Shown: positions 13,116-27,389 of the stretch, piece after piece
Numbering within the stretch: position 1 is the first letter of the stretch
How the letters are laid out: each line of letters starts with the position of its first letter
From: a virus
Lineage: Duplodnaviria; Heunggongvirae; Uroviricota; Caudoviricetes
Length of the DNA stretch: 27,973 bases
IMG/VR virus record: IMGVR_UViG_2531839664_000024
Reading direction: 5' to 3' (one strand)
Translations under genes and position numbers: made by a program
Notes under the pieces: generated by a model
What the model was told of the DNA's origin: nothing
Seen by the model: only the letters and a program-made list of their open reading frames with translations
Databases searched by the model: none

Positions 13116-13538
13116 ATGTTCCTGAAAACCGAATCATTTGAACATAACGGTGTGACCGTCACGCTTTCTGAACTGTCAGCCCTGCAGCGCATTGAGCATC
13201 TCGCCCTGATGAAACGGCAGGCAGAACAGGCGGAGTCAGACAGCAATCGGAAGTTTACTGTGGAAGACGCCATCAGAACCGGCGCGTTTCTGGTGGCGAT
13301 GTCCCTGTGGCATAACCATCCGCAGAAGACAAAGATGCCGTCCATGAATGAAGCCGTTAAACAGATTGAGCAGGAAGTGCTTACCACCTGGCCCACGGAG
13401 GCAATTTCTCATGCTGAAAACGTGGTGTACCGGCTGTCTGGTATGTATGAGTTTGTGGTGAATAATGCCCCTGAACAGACAGAGGACGCCGGGCCCGCAG
13501 AGCCTGTTTCTGCGGGAAAGTGTTCGACGGTGAGCTGA
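13116..13538 (+). CDS. G: Tail assembly chaperone G
   Basis: 140-aa ORF ending ...SAGKCSTVS. Confidence 0.9.
   Translation: MFLKTESFEHNGVTVTLSELSALQRIEHLALMKRQAEQAESDSNRKFTVEDAIRTGAFLVAMSLWHNHPQKTKMPSMNEAVKQIEQEVLTTWPTEAISHAENVVYRLSGMYEFVVNNAPEQTEDAGPAEPVSAGKCSTVS
13514..13520 (+). other. Slippery heptamer G GGA AAG for the programmed -1 frameshift producing the G-T fusion
   Basis: GGGAAAG read directly, in the X XXY YYZ register of the G frame, 6 codons before the G stop. Confidence 0.8.
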
Positions 13539-13954
13539 GTTTTGCCCTGAAACTGGCGCGTGAGATGGGGCGACCCGACTGGCGTGCCATGCTTGCCGGG
13601 ATGTCATCCACGGAGTATGCCGACTGGCACCGCTTTTACAGTACCCATTATTTTCATGATGTTCTGCTGGATATGCACTTTTCCGGGCTGACGTACACCG
13701 TGCTCAGCCTGTTTTTCAGCGATCCGGATATGCATCCGCTGGATTTCAGTCTGCTGAACCGGCGCGAGGCTGACGAAGAGCCTGAAGATGATGTGCTGAT
13801 GCAGAAAGCGGCAGGGCTTGCCGGAGGTGTCCGCTTTGGCCCGGACGGGAATGAAGTTATCCCCGCTTCCCCGGATGTGGCGGACATGACGGAGGATGAC
13901 GTAATGCTGATGACAGTATCAGAAGGGATCGCAGGAGGAGTCCGGTATGGCTGA
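13520..13954 (+). CDS. T: T portion of the tail assembly chaperone G-T frameshift product
   Basis: ORF in -1 frame relative to G, overlapping the G 3' end and ending at the H start. Confidence 0.85.
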   Translation: MFDGELSFALKLAREMGRPDWRAMLAGMSSTEYADWHRFYSTHYFHDVLLDMHFSGLTYTVLSLFFSDPDMHPLDFSLLNRREADEEPEDDVLMQKAAGLAGGVRFGPDGNEVIPASPDVADMTEDDVMLMTVSEGIAGGVRYG

Positions 13955-16508
13955 ACCGGTAGGCGATCTGGTCGTTGATTTGAGTCTGGATGCGGCCAGA
14001 TTTGACGAGCAGATGGCCAGAGTCAGGCGTCATTTTTCCGGTACGGAAAGTGATGCGAAAAAAACAGCGGCAGTCGTTGAACAGTCGCTGAGCCGACAGG
14101 CGCTGGCTGCACAGAAAGCGGGGATTTCCGTCGGGCAGTATAAAGCCGCCATGCGTATGCTGCCTGCACAGTTCACCGACGTGGCCACGCAGCTTGCAGG
14201 CGGGCAAAGTCCGTGGCTGATCCTGCTGCAACAGGGGGGGCAGGTGAAGGACTCCTTCGGCGGGATGATCCCCATGTTCAGGGGGCTTGCCGGTGCGATC
14301 ACCCTGCCGATGGTGGGGGCCACCTCGCTGGCGGTGGCGACCGGTGCGCTGGCGTATGCCTGGTATCAGGGCAACTCAACCCTGTCCGATTTCAACAAAA
14401 CGCTGGTCCTTTCCGGCAATCAGGCGGGACTGACGGCAGATCGTATGCTGGTCCTGTCCAGAGCCGGGCAGGCGGCAGGGCTGACGTTTAACCAGACCAG
14501 CGAGTCACTCAGCGCACTGGTTAAGGCGGGGGTAAGCGGTGAGGCTCAGATTGCGTCCATCAGCCAGAGTGTGGCGCGTTTCTCCTCTGCATCCGGCGTG
14601 GAGGTGGACAAGGTCGCTGAAGCCTTCGGGAAGCTGACCACAGACCCGACGTCGGGGCTGACGGCGATGGCACGCCAGTTCCATAACGTGACGGCGGAGC
14701 AGATTGCGTATGTTGCTCAGTTGCAGCGTTCCGGCGATGAAGCCGGGGCATTGCAGGCGGCGAACGAGGCCGCAACGAAAGGGTTTGATGACCAGACCCG
14801 CCGCCTGAAAGAGAACATGGGCACGCTGGAGACCTGGGCAGACAGGACTGCGCGGGCATTCAAATCCATGTGGGATGCGGTGCTGGATATTGGTCGTCCT
14901 GATACCGCGCAGGAGATGCTGATTAAGGCAGAGGTTGCGTTTAAGAAAGCAGACGACATCTGGAATCTGCGCAAGGATGATTATTTTGTTAACGATGAAG
15001 CGCGGGCGCGTTACTGGGATGATCGTGAAAAGGCCCGTCTTGCGCTTGAAGCCGCCCGAAAGAAGGCTGAGCAGCAGACTCAACAGGACAAAAATGCGCA
15101 GCAGCAGAGCGATACCGAAGCGTCACGGCTGAAATATACCGAAGAGGCGCAGAAGGCTTACGAACGGCTGCAGACGCCGCTGGAGAAATATACCGCCCGT
15201 CAGGAAGAACTGAACAAGGCACTGAAAGACGGGAAAATCCTGCAGGCGGATTACAACACGCTGATGGCGGCGGCGAAAAAGGATTATGAAGCGACGCTGA
15301 AAAAGCCGAAACAGTCCGGCGTGAAGGTGTCTGCGGGCGATCGTCAGGAAGACAGTGCTCATGCTGCCCTGCTGACGCTTCAGGCAGAACTCCGGACGCT
15401 GGAGAAGCATGCCGGAGCAAATGAGAAAATCAGCCAGCAGCGCCGGGATTTGTGGAAGGCGGAGAGTCAGTTCGCGGTACTGGAGGAGGCGGCGCAACGT
15501 CGCCAGCTGTCTGCACAGGAGAAATCCCTGCTGGCGCATAAAGATGAGACGCTGGAGTACAAACGCCAGCTGGCTGCACTTGGCGACAAGGTTACGTATC
15601 AGGAGCGCCTGAACGCGCTGGCGCAGCAGGCGGATAAATTCGCACAGCAGCAACGGGCAAAACGGGCCGCCATTGATGCGAAAAGCCGGGGGCTGACTGA
15701 CCGGCAGGCAGAACGGGAAGCCACGGAACAGCGCCTGAAGGAACAGTATGGCGATAATCCGCTGGCGCTGAATAACGTCATGTCAGAGCAGAAAAAGACC
15801 TGGGCGGCTGAAGACCAGCTTCGCGGGAACTGGATGGCAGGCCTCAGGTCCGGCTGGAGCGAGTGGGAAGAGAGCGCCACGGACAGTATGTCGCAGGTAA
15901 AAAGTGCAGCCACGCAGACCTTTGATGGTATTGCACAGAATATGGCGGCGATGCTGACCGGCAGTGAGCAGAACTGGCGCAGCTTCACCCGTTCCGTGCT
16001 GTCCATGATGACAGAAATTCTGCTTAAGCAGGCAATGGTGGGGATTGTCGGGAGTATCGGCAGCGCCATTGGCGGGGCTGTTGGTGGCGGCGCATCCGCG
16101 TCAGGCGGTACAGCCATTCAGGCCGCTGCGGCGAAATTCCATTTTGCAACCGGAGGATTTACGGGAACCGGCGGCAAATATGAGCCAGCGGGGATTGTTC
16201 ACCGTGGTGAGTTTGTCTTCACGAAGGAGGCAACCAGCCGGATTGGCGTGGGGAATCTTTACCGGCTGATGCGCGGCTATGCCACCGGCGGTTATGTCGG
16301 TACACCGGGCAGCATGGCAGACAGCCGGTCGCAGGCGTCCGGGACGTTTGAGCAGAATAACCATGTGGTGATTAACAACGACGGCACGAACGGGCAGATA
16401 GGTCCGGCTGCTCTGAAGGCGGTGTATGACATGGCCCGCAAGGGTGCCCGTGATGAAATTCAGACACAGATGCGTGATGGTGGCCTGTTCTCCGGAGGTG
16501 GACGATGA
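13947..16508 (+). CDS. H: Tail tape measure protein H (853 aa)
   Basis: Long coiled-coil-rich ORF with a C-terminal Gly-rich region, in canonical position. Confidence 0.95.
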   Translation: MAEPVGDLVVDLSLDAARFDEQMARVRRHFSGTESDAKKTAAVVEQSLSRQALAAQKAGISVGQYKAAMRMLPAQFTDVATQLAGGQSPWLILLQQGGQVKDSFGGMIPMFRGLAGAITLPMVGATSLAVATGALAYAWYQGNSTLSDFNKTLVLSGNQAGLTADRMLVLSRAGQAAGLTFNQTSESLSALVKAGVSGEAQIASISQSVARFSSASGVEVDKVAEAFGKLTTDPTSGLTAMARQFHNVTAEQIAYVAQLQRSGDEAGALQAANEAATKGFDDQTRRLKENMGTLETWADRTARAFKSMWDAVLDIGRPDTAQEMLIKAEVAFKKADDIWNLRKDDYFVNDEARARYWDDREKARLALEAARKKAEQQTQQDKNAQQQSDTEASRLKYTEEAQKAYERLQTPLEKYTARQEELNKALKDGKILQADYNTLMAAAKKDYEATLKKPKQSGVKVSAGDRQEDSAHAALLTLQAELRTLEKHAGANEKISQQRRDLWKAESQFAVLEEAAQRRQLSAQEKSLLAHKDETLEYKRQLAALGDKVTYQERLNALAQQADKFAQQQRAKRAAIDAKSRGLTDRQAEREATEQRLKEQYGDNPLALNNVMSEQKKTWAAEDQLRGNWMAGLRSGWSEWEESATDSMSQVKSAATQTFDGIAQNMAAMLTGSEQNWRSFTRSVLSMMTEILLKQAMVGIVGSIGSAIGGAVGGGASASGGTAIQAAAAKFHFATGGFTGTGGKYEPAGIVHRGEFVFTKEATSRIGVGNLYRLMRGYATGGYVGTPGSMADSRSQASGTFEQNNHVVINNDGTNGQIGPAALKAVYDMARKGARDEIQTQMRDGGLFSGGGR

Positions 16509-16834
16509 AGACCTTCCGCTGGAAAGTGAAACCAGGTATGGATGTGGCTTCGGTCCCTTCTGTAAGAAAGGTGCGCTTTGGTGATGGCTATTCTCAGCGA
16601 GCGCCTGCCGGGCTGAACGCTGACCTGAAAACGTACAGCGTGACGCTGTCTGTCTCCCGTGAGGAGGCCACGGCGCTGGAGTCGTTTCTGGCTGAGCACG
16701 GGGGCTGGAAGGCTTTTCTGTGGACGCCGCCTTATGGTTACAGGCAGATAAAGGTGACCTGCGCAAAATGGTCGTCGCAGGTCAGTATGTTGCGTGTTGA
16801 GTTCAGCGCAGAGTTTAAACAGGTGGTGAACTGA
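16505..16834 (+). CDS. M: Tail tip protein M
   Basis: ATGA overlap with H stop; 109 aa. Confidence 0.9.
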   Translation: MKTFRWKVKPGMDVASVPSVRKVRFGDGYSQRAPAGLNADLKTYSVTLSVSREEATALESFLAEHGGWKAFLWTPPYGYRQIKVTCAKWSSQVSMLRVEFSAEFKQVVN

Positions 16835-17532
16835 TGCAGGATATCCGGCAGGAAACACTGAATGAATGCACCCGTGCGGAGCAGTCAGCCAGCGTGGTGC
16901 TCTGGGAAATCGATCTGACAGAGGTCGGTGGAGAACGTTATTTTTTCTGTAATGAGCAGAACGAAAAAGGTGAGCCGGTCACCTGGCAGGGGAGACAGTA
17001 TCAGCCGTATCCCATTCAGGGGAGTGGTTTTGAACTGAATGGCAAAGGCACCAGTACGCGGCCCACGCTGGCAGTCTCTAACCTGTACGGCATGGTCACC
17101 GGGATGGTGGAAGATATGCAGAGTCTGGTCGGCGGAACGGTGGTCCGGCGTAAGGTTTACGCCCGTTTTCTGGATGCGGTGAACTTCGTCAACGGAAACA
17201 GCGACGCCGATCCGGAGCAGGAGGTGATCAGTCGCTGGCGCATCGAGCAGTGCAGCGAACTGAGCGCGGTGAGTGCCTCTTTTGTACTGTCCACGCCGAC
17301 GGAAACGGACGGCGCTGTTTTTCCGGGACGTATCATGCTGGCCAACACCTGCACCTGGACCTATCGCGGTGACGAGTGCGGTTATAGCGGTCCGGCTGTC
17401 GCGGATGAATATGACCAGCCAACGTCCGATATCACGAAGGATAAATGCAGCAAATGCCTGAGCGGTTGTAAGTTCCGCAATAACGTCGGCAACTTTGGCG
17501 GCTTCCTTTCCATTAACAAACTTTCGCAGTAA
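16834..17532 (+). CDS. L: Tail tip protein L
   Basis: TGATG overlap with M stop; 232 aa. Confidence 0.9.
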   Translation: MQDIRQETLNECTRAEQSASVVLWEIDLTEVGGERYFFCNEQNEKGEPVTWQGRQYQPYPIQGSGFELNGKGTSTRPTLAVSNLYGMVTGMVEDMQSLVGGTVVRRKVYARFLDAVNFVNGNSDADPEQEVISRWRIEQCSELSAVSASFVLSTPTETDGAVFPGRIMLANTCTWTYRGDECGYSGPAVADEYDQPTSDITKDKCSKCLSGCKFRNNVGNFGGFLSINKLSQ

Positions 17533-17537
17533 ATCCC

Positions 17538-18281
17538 ATGACACAGACAGAATCAGCGATTCTGGCGCACGCCCGGCGATGTGCGCCAGCGGAGTCGTGC
17601 GGCTTCGTGGTAAGCACGCCGGAGGGGGAAAGATATTTCCCCTGCGTGAATATCTCCGGTGAGCCGGAGGCGTATTTCCGTATGTCGCCGGAAGACTGGC
17701 TGCAGGCAGAAATGCAGGGTGAGATTGTGGCGCTGGTCCACAGCCACCCCGGTGGTCTGCCCTGGCTGAGTGAGGCCGACCGGCGGCTGCAGGTGCAGAG
17801 TGATTTGCCGTGGTGGCTGGTCTGCCGGGGGACGATTCATAAGTTCCGCTGTGTGCCGCATCTCACCGGGCGGCGCTTTGAGCACGGTGTGACGGACTGT
17901 TACACACTGTTCCGGGATGCTTATCATCTGGCGGGGATTGAGATGCCGGACTTTCATCGTGAGGATGACTGGTGGCGTAACGGCCAGAATCTCTATCTGG
18001 ATAATCTGGAGGCGACGGGGCTGTATCAGGTGCCGTTGTCAGCGGCACAGCCGGGCGATGTGCTGCTGTGCTGTTTTGGTTCATCGGTGCCGAATCACGC
18101 CGCAATTTACTGCGGCGACGGCGAGCTGCTGCACCATATTCCTGAACAACTGAGCAAACGAGAGAGGTACACCGACAAATGGCAGCGACGCACACACTCC
18201 CTCTGGCGTCACCGGGCATGGCGCGCATCTGCCTTTACGGGGATTTACAACGATTTGGTCGCCGCATCGACCTTCGTGTGA
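17538..18281 (+). CDS. K: Tail tip assembly protein K with N-terminal JAMM/MPN motif (HSHPGGLPWLSEAD) and C-terminal NlpC/P60-like domain; alternative shorter start at 17682
   Basis: JAMM HxHx7Sx2D motif and upstream ExCG read directly; 247-aa ORF from the first ATG. Confidence 0.85.
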   Translation: MTQTESAILAHARRCAPAESCGFVVSTPEGERYFPCVNISGEPEAYFRMSPEDWLQAEMQGEIVALVHSHPGGLPWLSEADRRLQVQSDLPWWLVCRGTIHKFRCVPHLTGRRFEHGVTDCYTLFRDAYHLAGIEMPDFHREDDWWRNGQNLYLDNLEATGLYQVPLSAAQPGDVLLCCFGSSVPNHAAIYCGDGELLHHIPEQLSKRERYTDKWQRRTHSLWRHRAWRASAFTGIYNDLVAASTFV

Positions 18282-18850
18282 AAACGGGGGCTGAAGCCAT
18301 CCGGGCACTGGCCACACAGCTCCCGGCGTTTCGTCAGAAACTGAGCGACGGCTGGTATCAGGTACGGATTGCCGGGCGGGACGTCAGCACGTCCGGGTTA
18401 ACGGCGCAGTTACATGAGACTCTGCCTGATGGCGCTGTGATTCATATTGTTCCCAGAGTCGCCGGGGCCAAGTCAGGTGGCGTATTCCAGATTGTCCTGG
18501 GGGCTGCCGCCATTGCCGGATCATTCTTTACCGCCGGAGCCACCCTTGCAGCATGGGGGGCAGCCATTGGGGCCGGTGGTATGACCGGCATCCTGTTTTC
18601 TCTCGGTGCCAGTATGGTGCTCGGTGGTGTGGCGCAGATGCTGGCACCGAAAGCCAGAACTCCCCGTACACAGACAACGGATAACGGTAAGCAGAACACC
18701 TATTTCTCCTCACTGGATAACATGGTTGCCCAGGGCAATGTTCTGCCTGTTCTGTACGGGGAAATGCGCGTGGGGTCACGCGTGGTTTCTCAGGAGATCA
18801 GCACGGCAGACGAAGGGGACGGTGGTCAGGTTGTGGTGATTGGTCGCTGA
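18179..18850 (+). CDS. I: Tail tip assembly protein I
   Basis: ATG with GAGAGAGG Shine-Dalgarno, overlapping the K 3' end; 223 aa. Confidence 0.9.
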   Translation: MAATHTLPLASPGMARICLYGDLQRFGRRIDLRVKTGAEAIRALATQLPAFRQKLSDGWYQVRIAGRDVSTSGLTAQLHETLPDGAVIHIVPRVAGAKSGGVFQIVLGAAAIAGSFFTAGATLAAWGAAIGAGGMTGILFSLGASMVLGGVAQMLAPKARTPRTQTTDNGKQNTYFSSLDNMVAQGNVLPVLYGEMRVGSRVVSQEISTADEGDGGQVVVIGR

Positions 18851-18869
18851 TGCAAAATGTTTTATGTGA

Positions 18870-18896
18870 AACCGCCTGCGGGCGGTTTTGTCATTT
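18870..18896 (+). promoter_or_regulatory. Hairpin between I and J (AACCGCC tgcg GGCGGTT followed by TTGTCATTT)
   Basis: Perfect 7-bp stem read directly; function (attenuator or processing site) not established. Confidence 0.4.
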
Positions 18897-18910
18897 ATGG
18901 AGCGTGAGGA

Positions 18911-23486
<4,576 letters not shown>

Positions 23487-23497
23487 CCACTACATTT

Positions 23498-23585
23498 CCA
23501 GAAAGGCAATCAGTGGGCAGGTAATATCACCGACTGTACGGTGATTGTGACCAAAAAAGCCGCTTCCGGCATCAGTATTCGTTGA
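23498..23585 (+). pseudogene. J: Displaced 3' remnant of J (about 28 codons, ...QKGNQWAGNITDCTVIVTKKAASGISIR-stop) downstream of the IS
   Basis: Removing the IS and one TTT copy restores a continuous J frame ending at TGA 23583-23585. Confidence 0.6.
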
Positions 23586-23606
23586 AATTGTTATAACCCA
23601 TATAAG

Positions 23607-23630
23607 GGCACCAGAAATGGTGCCTTTTTT
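23607..23630 (+). terminator. Rho-independent terminator downstream of J (GGCACC agaaat GGTGCC, then T6)
   Basis: Perfect 6-bp stem and T-run read directly. Confidence 0.6.
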
Positions 23631-23654
23631 ATTGCAGAAAAGCGAGAGGTAATT

Positions 23655-24254
23655 ATGCGTAAACTTTATGCCGCCATTTTGTCCGCAGCCATTTGTCTGG
23701 CCGTATCCGGTGCGCCTGCATGGGCATCTGAACATCAGTCCACGCTGAGCGCGGGGTATCTTCATGCCCGGACCAACGTTCCCGGCAGTGATGATCTGAA
23801 CGGGATTAACGTGAAATACCGTTATGAGTTTACGGATACGCTGGGGCTGGTGACGTCATTCAGCTATGCAGGAGACAGGAATCGCCAGCTGACCCGTTAC
23901 AGCGATACCCGCTGGCATGAAGATTCCGTGCGTAACCGCTGGTTCAGCGTGATGGCGGGGCCGTCTGTGCGCGTGAATGAATGGTTCAGCGCGTATGCGA
24001 TGGCGGGTATGGCTTACAGCCGTGTTTCGACTTTTTCCGGGGATTACCTTCGCGTAACTGACAACAAGGGGAAAACGCACGATGTGCTGACCGGAAGTGA
24101 TGACGGTCGCCACAGCAACACGTCTCTGGCGTGGGGGGCTGGCGTGCAGTTTAACCCGACCGAATCCGTGGCCATTGATATTGCTTATGAAGGTTCTGGC
24201 AGTGGTGACTGGCGCACTGACGGTTTCATCGTGGGTGTCGGTTATAAATTCTGA
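23655..24254 (+). CDS. lom: Outer-membrane beta-barrel protein Lom (Ail/OmpX family), with N-terminal signal peptide
   Basis: Signal peptide MRKLYAAILSAAICLAVSGAPAWA then mature protein; aromatic C-terminal residue (..GYKF); GAGAGG Shine-Dalgarno. Confidence 0.9.
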   Translation: MRKLYAAILSAAICLAVSGAPAWASEHQSTLSAGYLHARTNVPGSDDLNGINVKYRYEFTDTLGLVTSFSYAGDRNRQLTRYSDTRWHEDSVRNRWFSVMAGPSVRVNEWFSAYAMAGMAYSRVSTFSGDYLRVTDNKGKTHDVLTGSDDGRHSNTSLAWGAGVQFNPTESVAIDIAYEGSGSGDWRTDGFIVGVGYKF

Positions 24255-24281
24255 TTAGCCAGGTAACACAGTGTTATGACA

Positions 24282-24307
24282 GCCCGCCGGTTCAGGTGGG
24301 CTTTTTT
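24282..24307 (+). terminator. Rho-independent terminator downstream of lom (GCCCGCC ggttca GGTGGGC, then T6)
   Basis: 7-bp stem with one G-U pair, followed by TTTTTT, read directly. Confidence 0.6.
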
Positions 24308-24318
24308 GTGGGGGGAAT

Positions 24319-27300
24319 ATGGCAGTAAAGATTTCAGGTGTACTGAAAGACGGCACAGGAAAACCGGTACAGAACTGCTCAATCCAGCTGAAAGCAAAAC
24401 GTAACAGCACCACGGTGGTGGTGAACACGCTGGCCTCAGAAAATCCGGATGAAGCCGGGCGTTACAGCATGGACGTTGAGTACGGTCAGTACAGCGTTAT
24501 TCTGTTGGTGGAAGGATTCCCGCCGTCACATGCCGGGACCATCACCGTGTATGAAGATTCCCGACCCGGTACGCTGAATGATTTTCTCGGTGCCATGACG
24601 GAGGATGATGCCCGTCCGGAGGCTCTGCGCCGTTTTGAACTGATGGTGGAAGAGGTGGCGCGTAACGCGTCCGCAGTGGCACAGAACACGGCAGCCGCGA
24701 AGAAGTCAGCCAGTGATGCCAGCACATCTGCCAGTGAGGCGGCAACCCATGCGACTGATGCTGCAGACTCAGCACGCGCAGCCAGCACGTCAGCCGGACA
24801 GGCCGCGACGTCGGCTCAGGAGGCTTTTCCAGCGCAGGAACGGCATCAGCAAAAGCCTCTGAGGCATCAAAAAGTGCTGCCGCTGCAGAGTCCTCAAAAA
24901 GCGCGGCGGCTACCAGTGCCGATGCGGCGAAAACGTCAGAAACGAATGCGGCAGCGTCACAACAATCAGCAGCCACTTCTGCATCCACCGCGACCACGAA
25001 AGCGTCAGAAGCTGCCTCCTCAGCCCGGGATGCGTCGGCTTCAAAAGAGGCGGCAAAATCATCAGAAACGAACGCATCATCAAGCGCCAGTAGTGCCGCT
25101 TCCTCGGCAACGGCGGCAGGAAATTCCGCGAAGGCGGCAAAGACGTCTGAGACAAACGCTAAGTCCTCTGAAACGGCAGCGGAACAGAGTGCCTCAGCTG
25201 CGGCAGGCTCAAAAACAGCGGCTGCATCATCTGCCAGTGCCGCGTCAACAAGTGCCGGGCAGGCCTCAGCCAGTGCCACCGCCGCCGGAAAATCGGCAGA
25301 AAGTGCTGCATCGTCCGCTTCAACAGCCACAACGAAGGCTGGCGAAGCCGCTGTACAGGCCAGCGCAGCAGCGAGGTCTGCTTCCGCAGCGAAGACATCC
25401 GAGACGAACGCGAAAGCGTCGGAAACCAGCGCAGAATCCTCAAAAACGGCTGCCGTATCGTCCGCCAGTTCGGCGGCGTCATCGGCATCATCGGCGTCTG
25501 CTTCAAAAGATGAGGCGACCAGACAGGCGTCAGCAGCGAAGGGCAGCGCCACGACAGCATCCACGAAGGCGACAGAGGCAGCTGGCAGTGCGACGGCGGC
25601 AGCACAGAGCAAAAGTACGGCGGAATCCGCGGCAACGCGCGCCGAGACAGCGGCAAAACGGGCAGAGGATATTGCATCCGCCGTGGCGCTTGAGGATGCG
25701 AGCACGACGAAAAAGGGGATAGTACAGCTCAGCAGTGCGACCAACAGCACTTCCGAGTCACAGGCGGCAACGCCAAAAGCCGTTAAGGCCGCGTATGACC
25801 TGGCTAACGGGAAATACACCGCACAGGATGCAACGACAGCACAGAAAGGGATAATCCAGCTAAGCAGCGCGACCAACAGCACATCTGAAACGCTTGCCGC
25901 GACACCAAAGGCAGTAAAAACAGCCTATGACAATGCTGAGAAACGTCTGCAGAAAGATCAGAACGGTGCGGATATCCCTGGCAAAGACACCTTTACGAAA
26001 AATATTGGTGCCTGCCGTGCCTTCGGTGGGTCAGTAAGCACAACAACAGGAAACTGGACGACTGCACAGTTTATCGAGTGGCTGGATTCTCAGGGAGCAT
26101 TTAACCATCCCTACTGGATGTGCAAGGGTTCCTGGTCTTATGGCAATAATAAAATCATTACTGATACTGACTGCGGTAATATTCATCTCGCCGGAGCTGT
26201 CATTGAAGTAATGGGGATAAAGTCAGCGATGACGATCCGCATTACCACACCGACCACCTCCACTGGTGGTGGAACAACTAACGCCCAGTTTACCTATATT
26301 AATCACGGAACAGATTATTCACCTGGCTGGCGAAGGGACTATAACTCCAGAAATAAGCCAACGGCATCAGAGATCGGGGCGTTACCGTCAGGTGGAACAG
26401 CAGTATCATCAGTTAATCTGTCTTCAAAAGGTCGGGTAACCGCGCTGACAGACAATACGCAGGGGGCAACAGGTCTTGAGTTATACGAGGTGTATAACAA
26501 CGGATATCCAACAGCGTATGGAAATATCATTCACCTGAAAGGGATGACAGCCGTTGGCGAAGGTGAGTTACTCATCGGCTGGAGTGGTACAAGCGGTGCT
26601 CATGCTCCGGCATTTATTCGTTCACGACGGGATACGACCGACGCAAACTGGTCGCCGTGGGCGCAGCTTTACACCTCGGCTCATCCTCCTGCAGAGTTTT
26701 ATCCAGTCGGTGCACCAATCCCGTGGCCATCAGATACCGTTCCGTCTGGTTATGCCCTGATGCACGGGCAGACTTTTGACAAATCTGCCTACCCGAAACT
26801 TGCAGCCGCTTATCCGTCAGGCGTGATCCCTGATATGCGTGGCTGGACGATTAAGGGCAAACCTGCCAGTGGTCGTGCCGTATTGTCTCAGGAACAGGAC
26901 GGCATTAAATCGCACACCCACAGCGCCAGCGCATCCAGTACGGATTTGGGGACGAAAACCACATCGTCGTTTGATTACGGCACTAAATCCACGAATAACA
27001 CCGGGGCTCATACGCACAGTCTGAGCGGCTCTACAAGCTCGGCCGGAGCACACTCGCACGTTGATGGTCGCAGGTTTAATACAAGCACTTTTAAAGACAC
27101 CTATCAGTATGGTTCTACAGCTGTCGGAAGTAACTCATACCAGGTACAAGGGGCGGTTGGTCTGGGCATTGGCACGATGGCGAATACGAACTCTGCTGGC
27201 GCGCATACCCACTCACTGTCCGGCACTGCTGCAAGCGCAGGTGCACACGCACATACTGTCGGTATTGGTGCTCATACGCACTCCGTTGCGATTGGCTCAC

Positions 27301-27389
27301 ATGGACACACCATCACCGTTAACGCTGCTGGTAACGCGGAAAACACCGTCAAAAACATCGCATTTAACTATATTGTGAGGCTTGCATAA
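24319..27389 (+). pseudogene. stf: Side tail fibre gene stf, disrupted by a frameshift at the T-run 24825-24828 (N-terminal part in frame 1, remainder in frame 0)
   Basis: Frame 1 gives a lambda-Stf-like N-terminus up to ...SAQEA; frame 0 from 24828 gives the Ala/Ser-rich repeats, the central domain and the His-rich C-terminus ending [11 protein letters not shown]. Confidence 0.85.
24700..25680 (+). repeat. Imperfect tandem coding repeats within stf (A/S/T-rich units such as [16 protein letters not shown])
   Basis: Recurrent GCN/TCN/AAR codon pattern; region is open in three frames on both strands. Confidence 0.7.

Noticed and set aside
23582-23606. Possible sigma-70 promoter for lom (TTGAAA ... 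TATAAG)
   Set aside because: Spacer is only about 13 bp, so it is not a convincing -35/-10 pair; the lom promoter is not identified.
24830-25722. Arg/Pro/Gln-rich continuation of the frame-1 stf ORF (467 aa in total)
   Set aside because: Out-of-frame read-through after the frameshift; the biologically meaningful sequence is in frame 0.
24542-25882. 446-aa Ala-rich ORF on the minus strand
   Set aside because: Antisense to the stf repeat tract; its openness is explained by the repetitive GCN/TCN codon composition.
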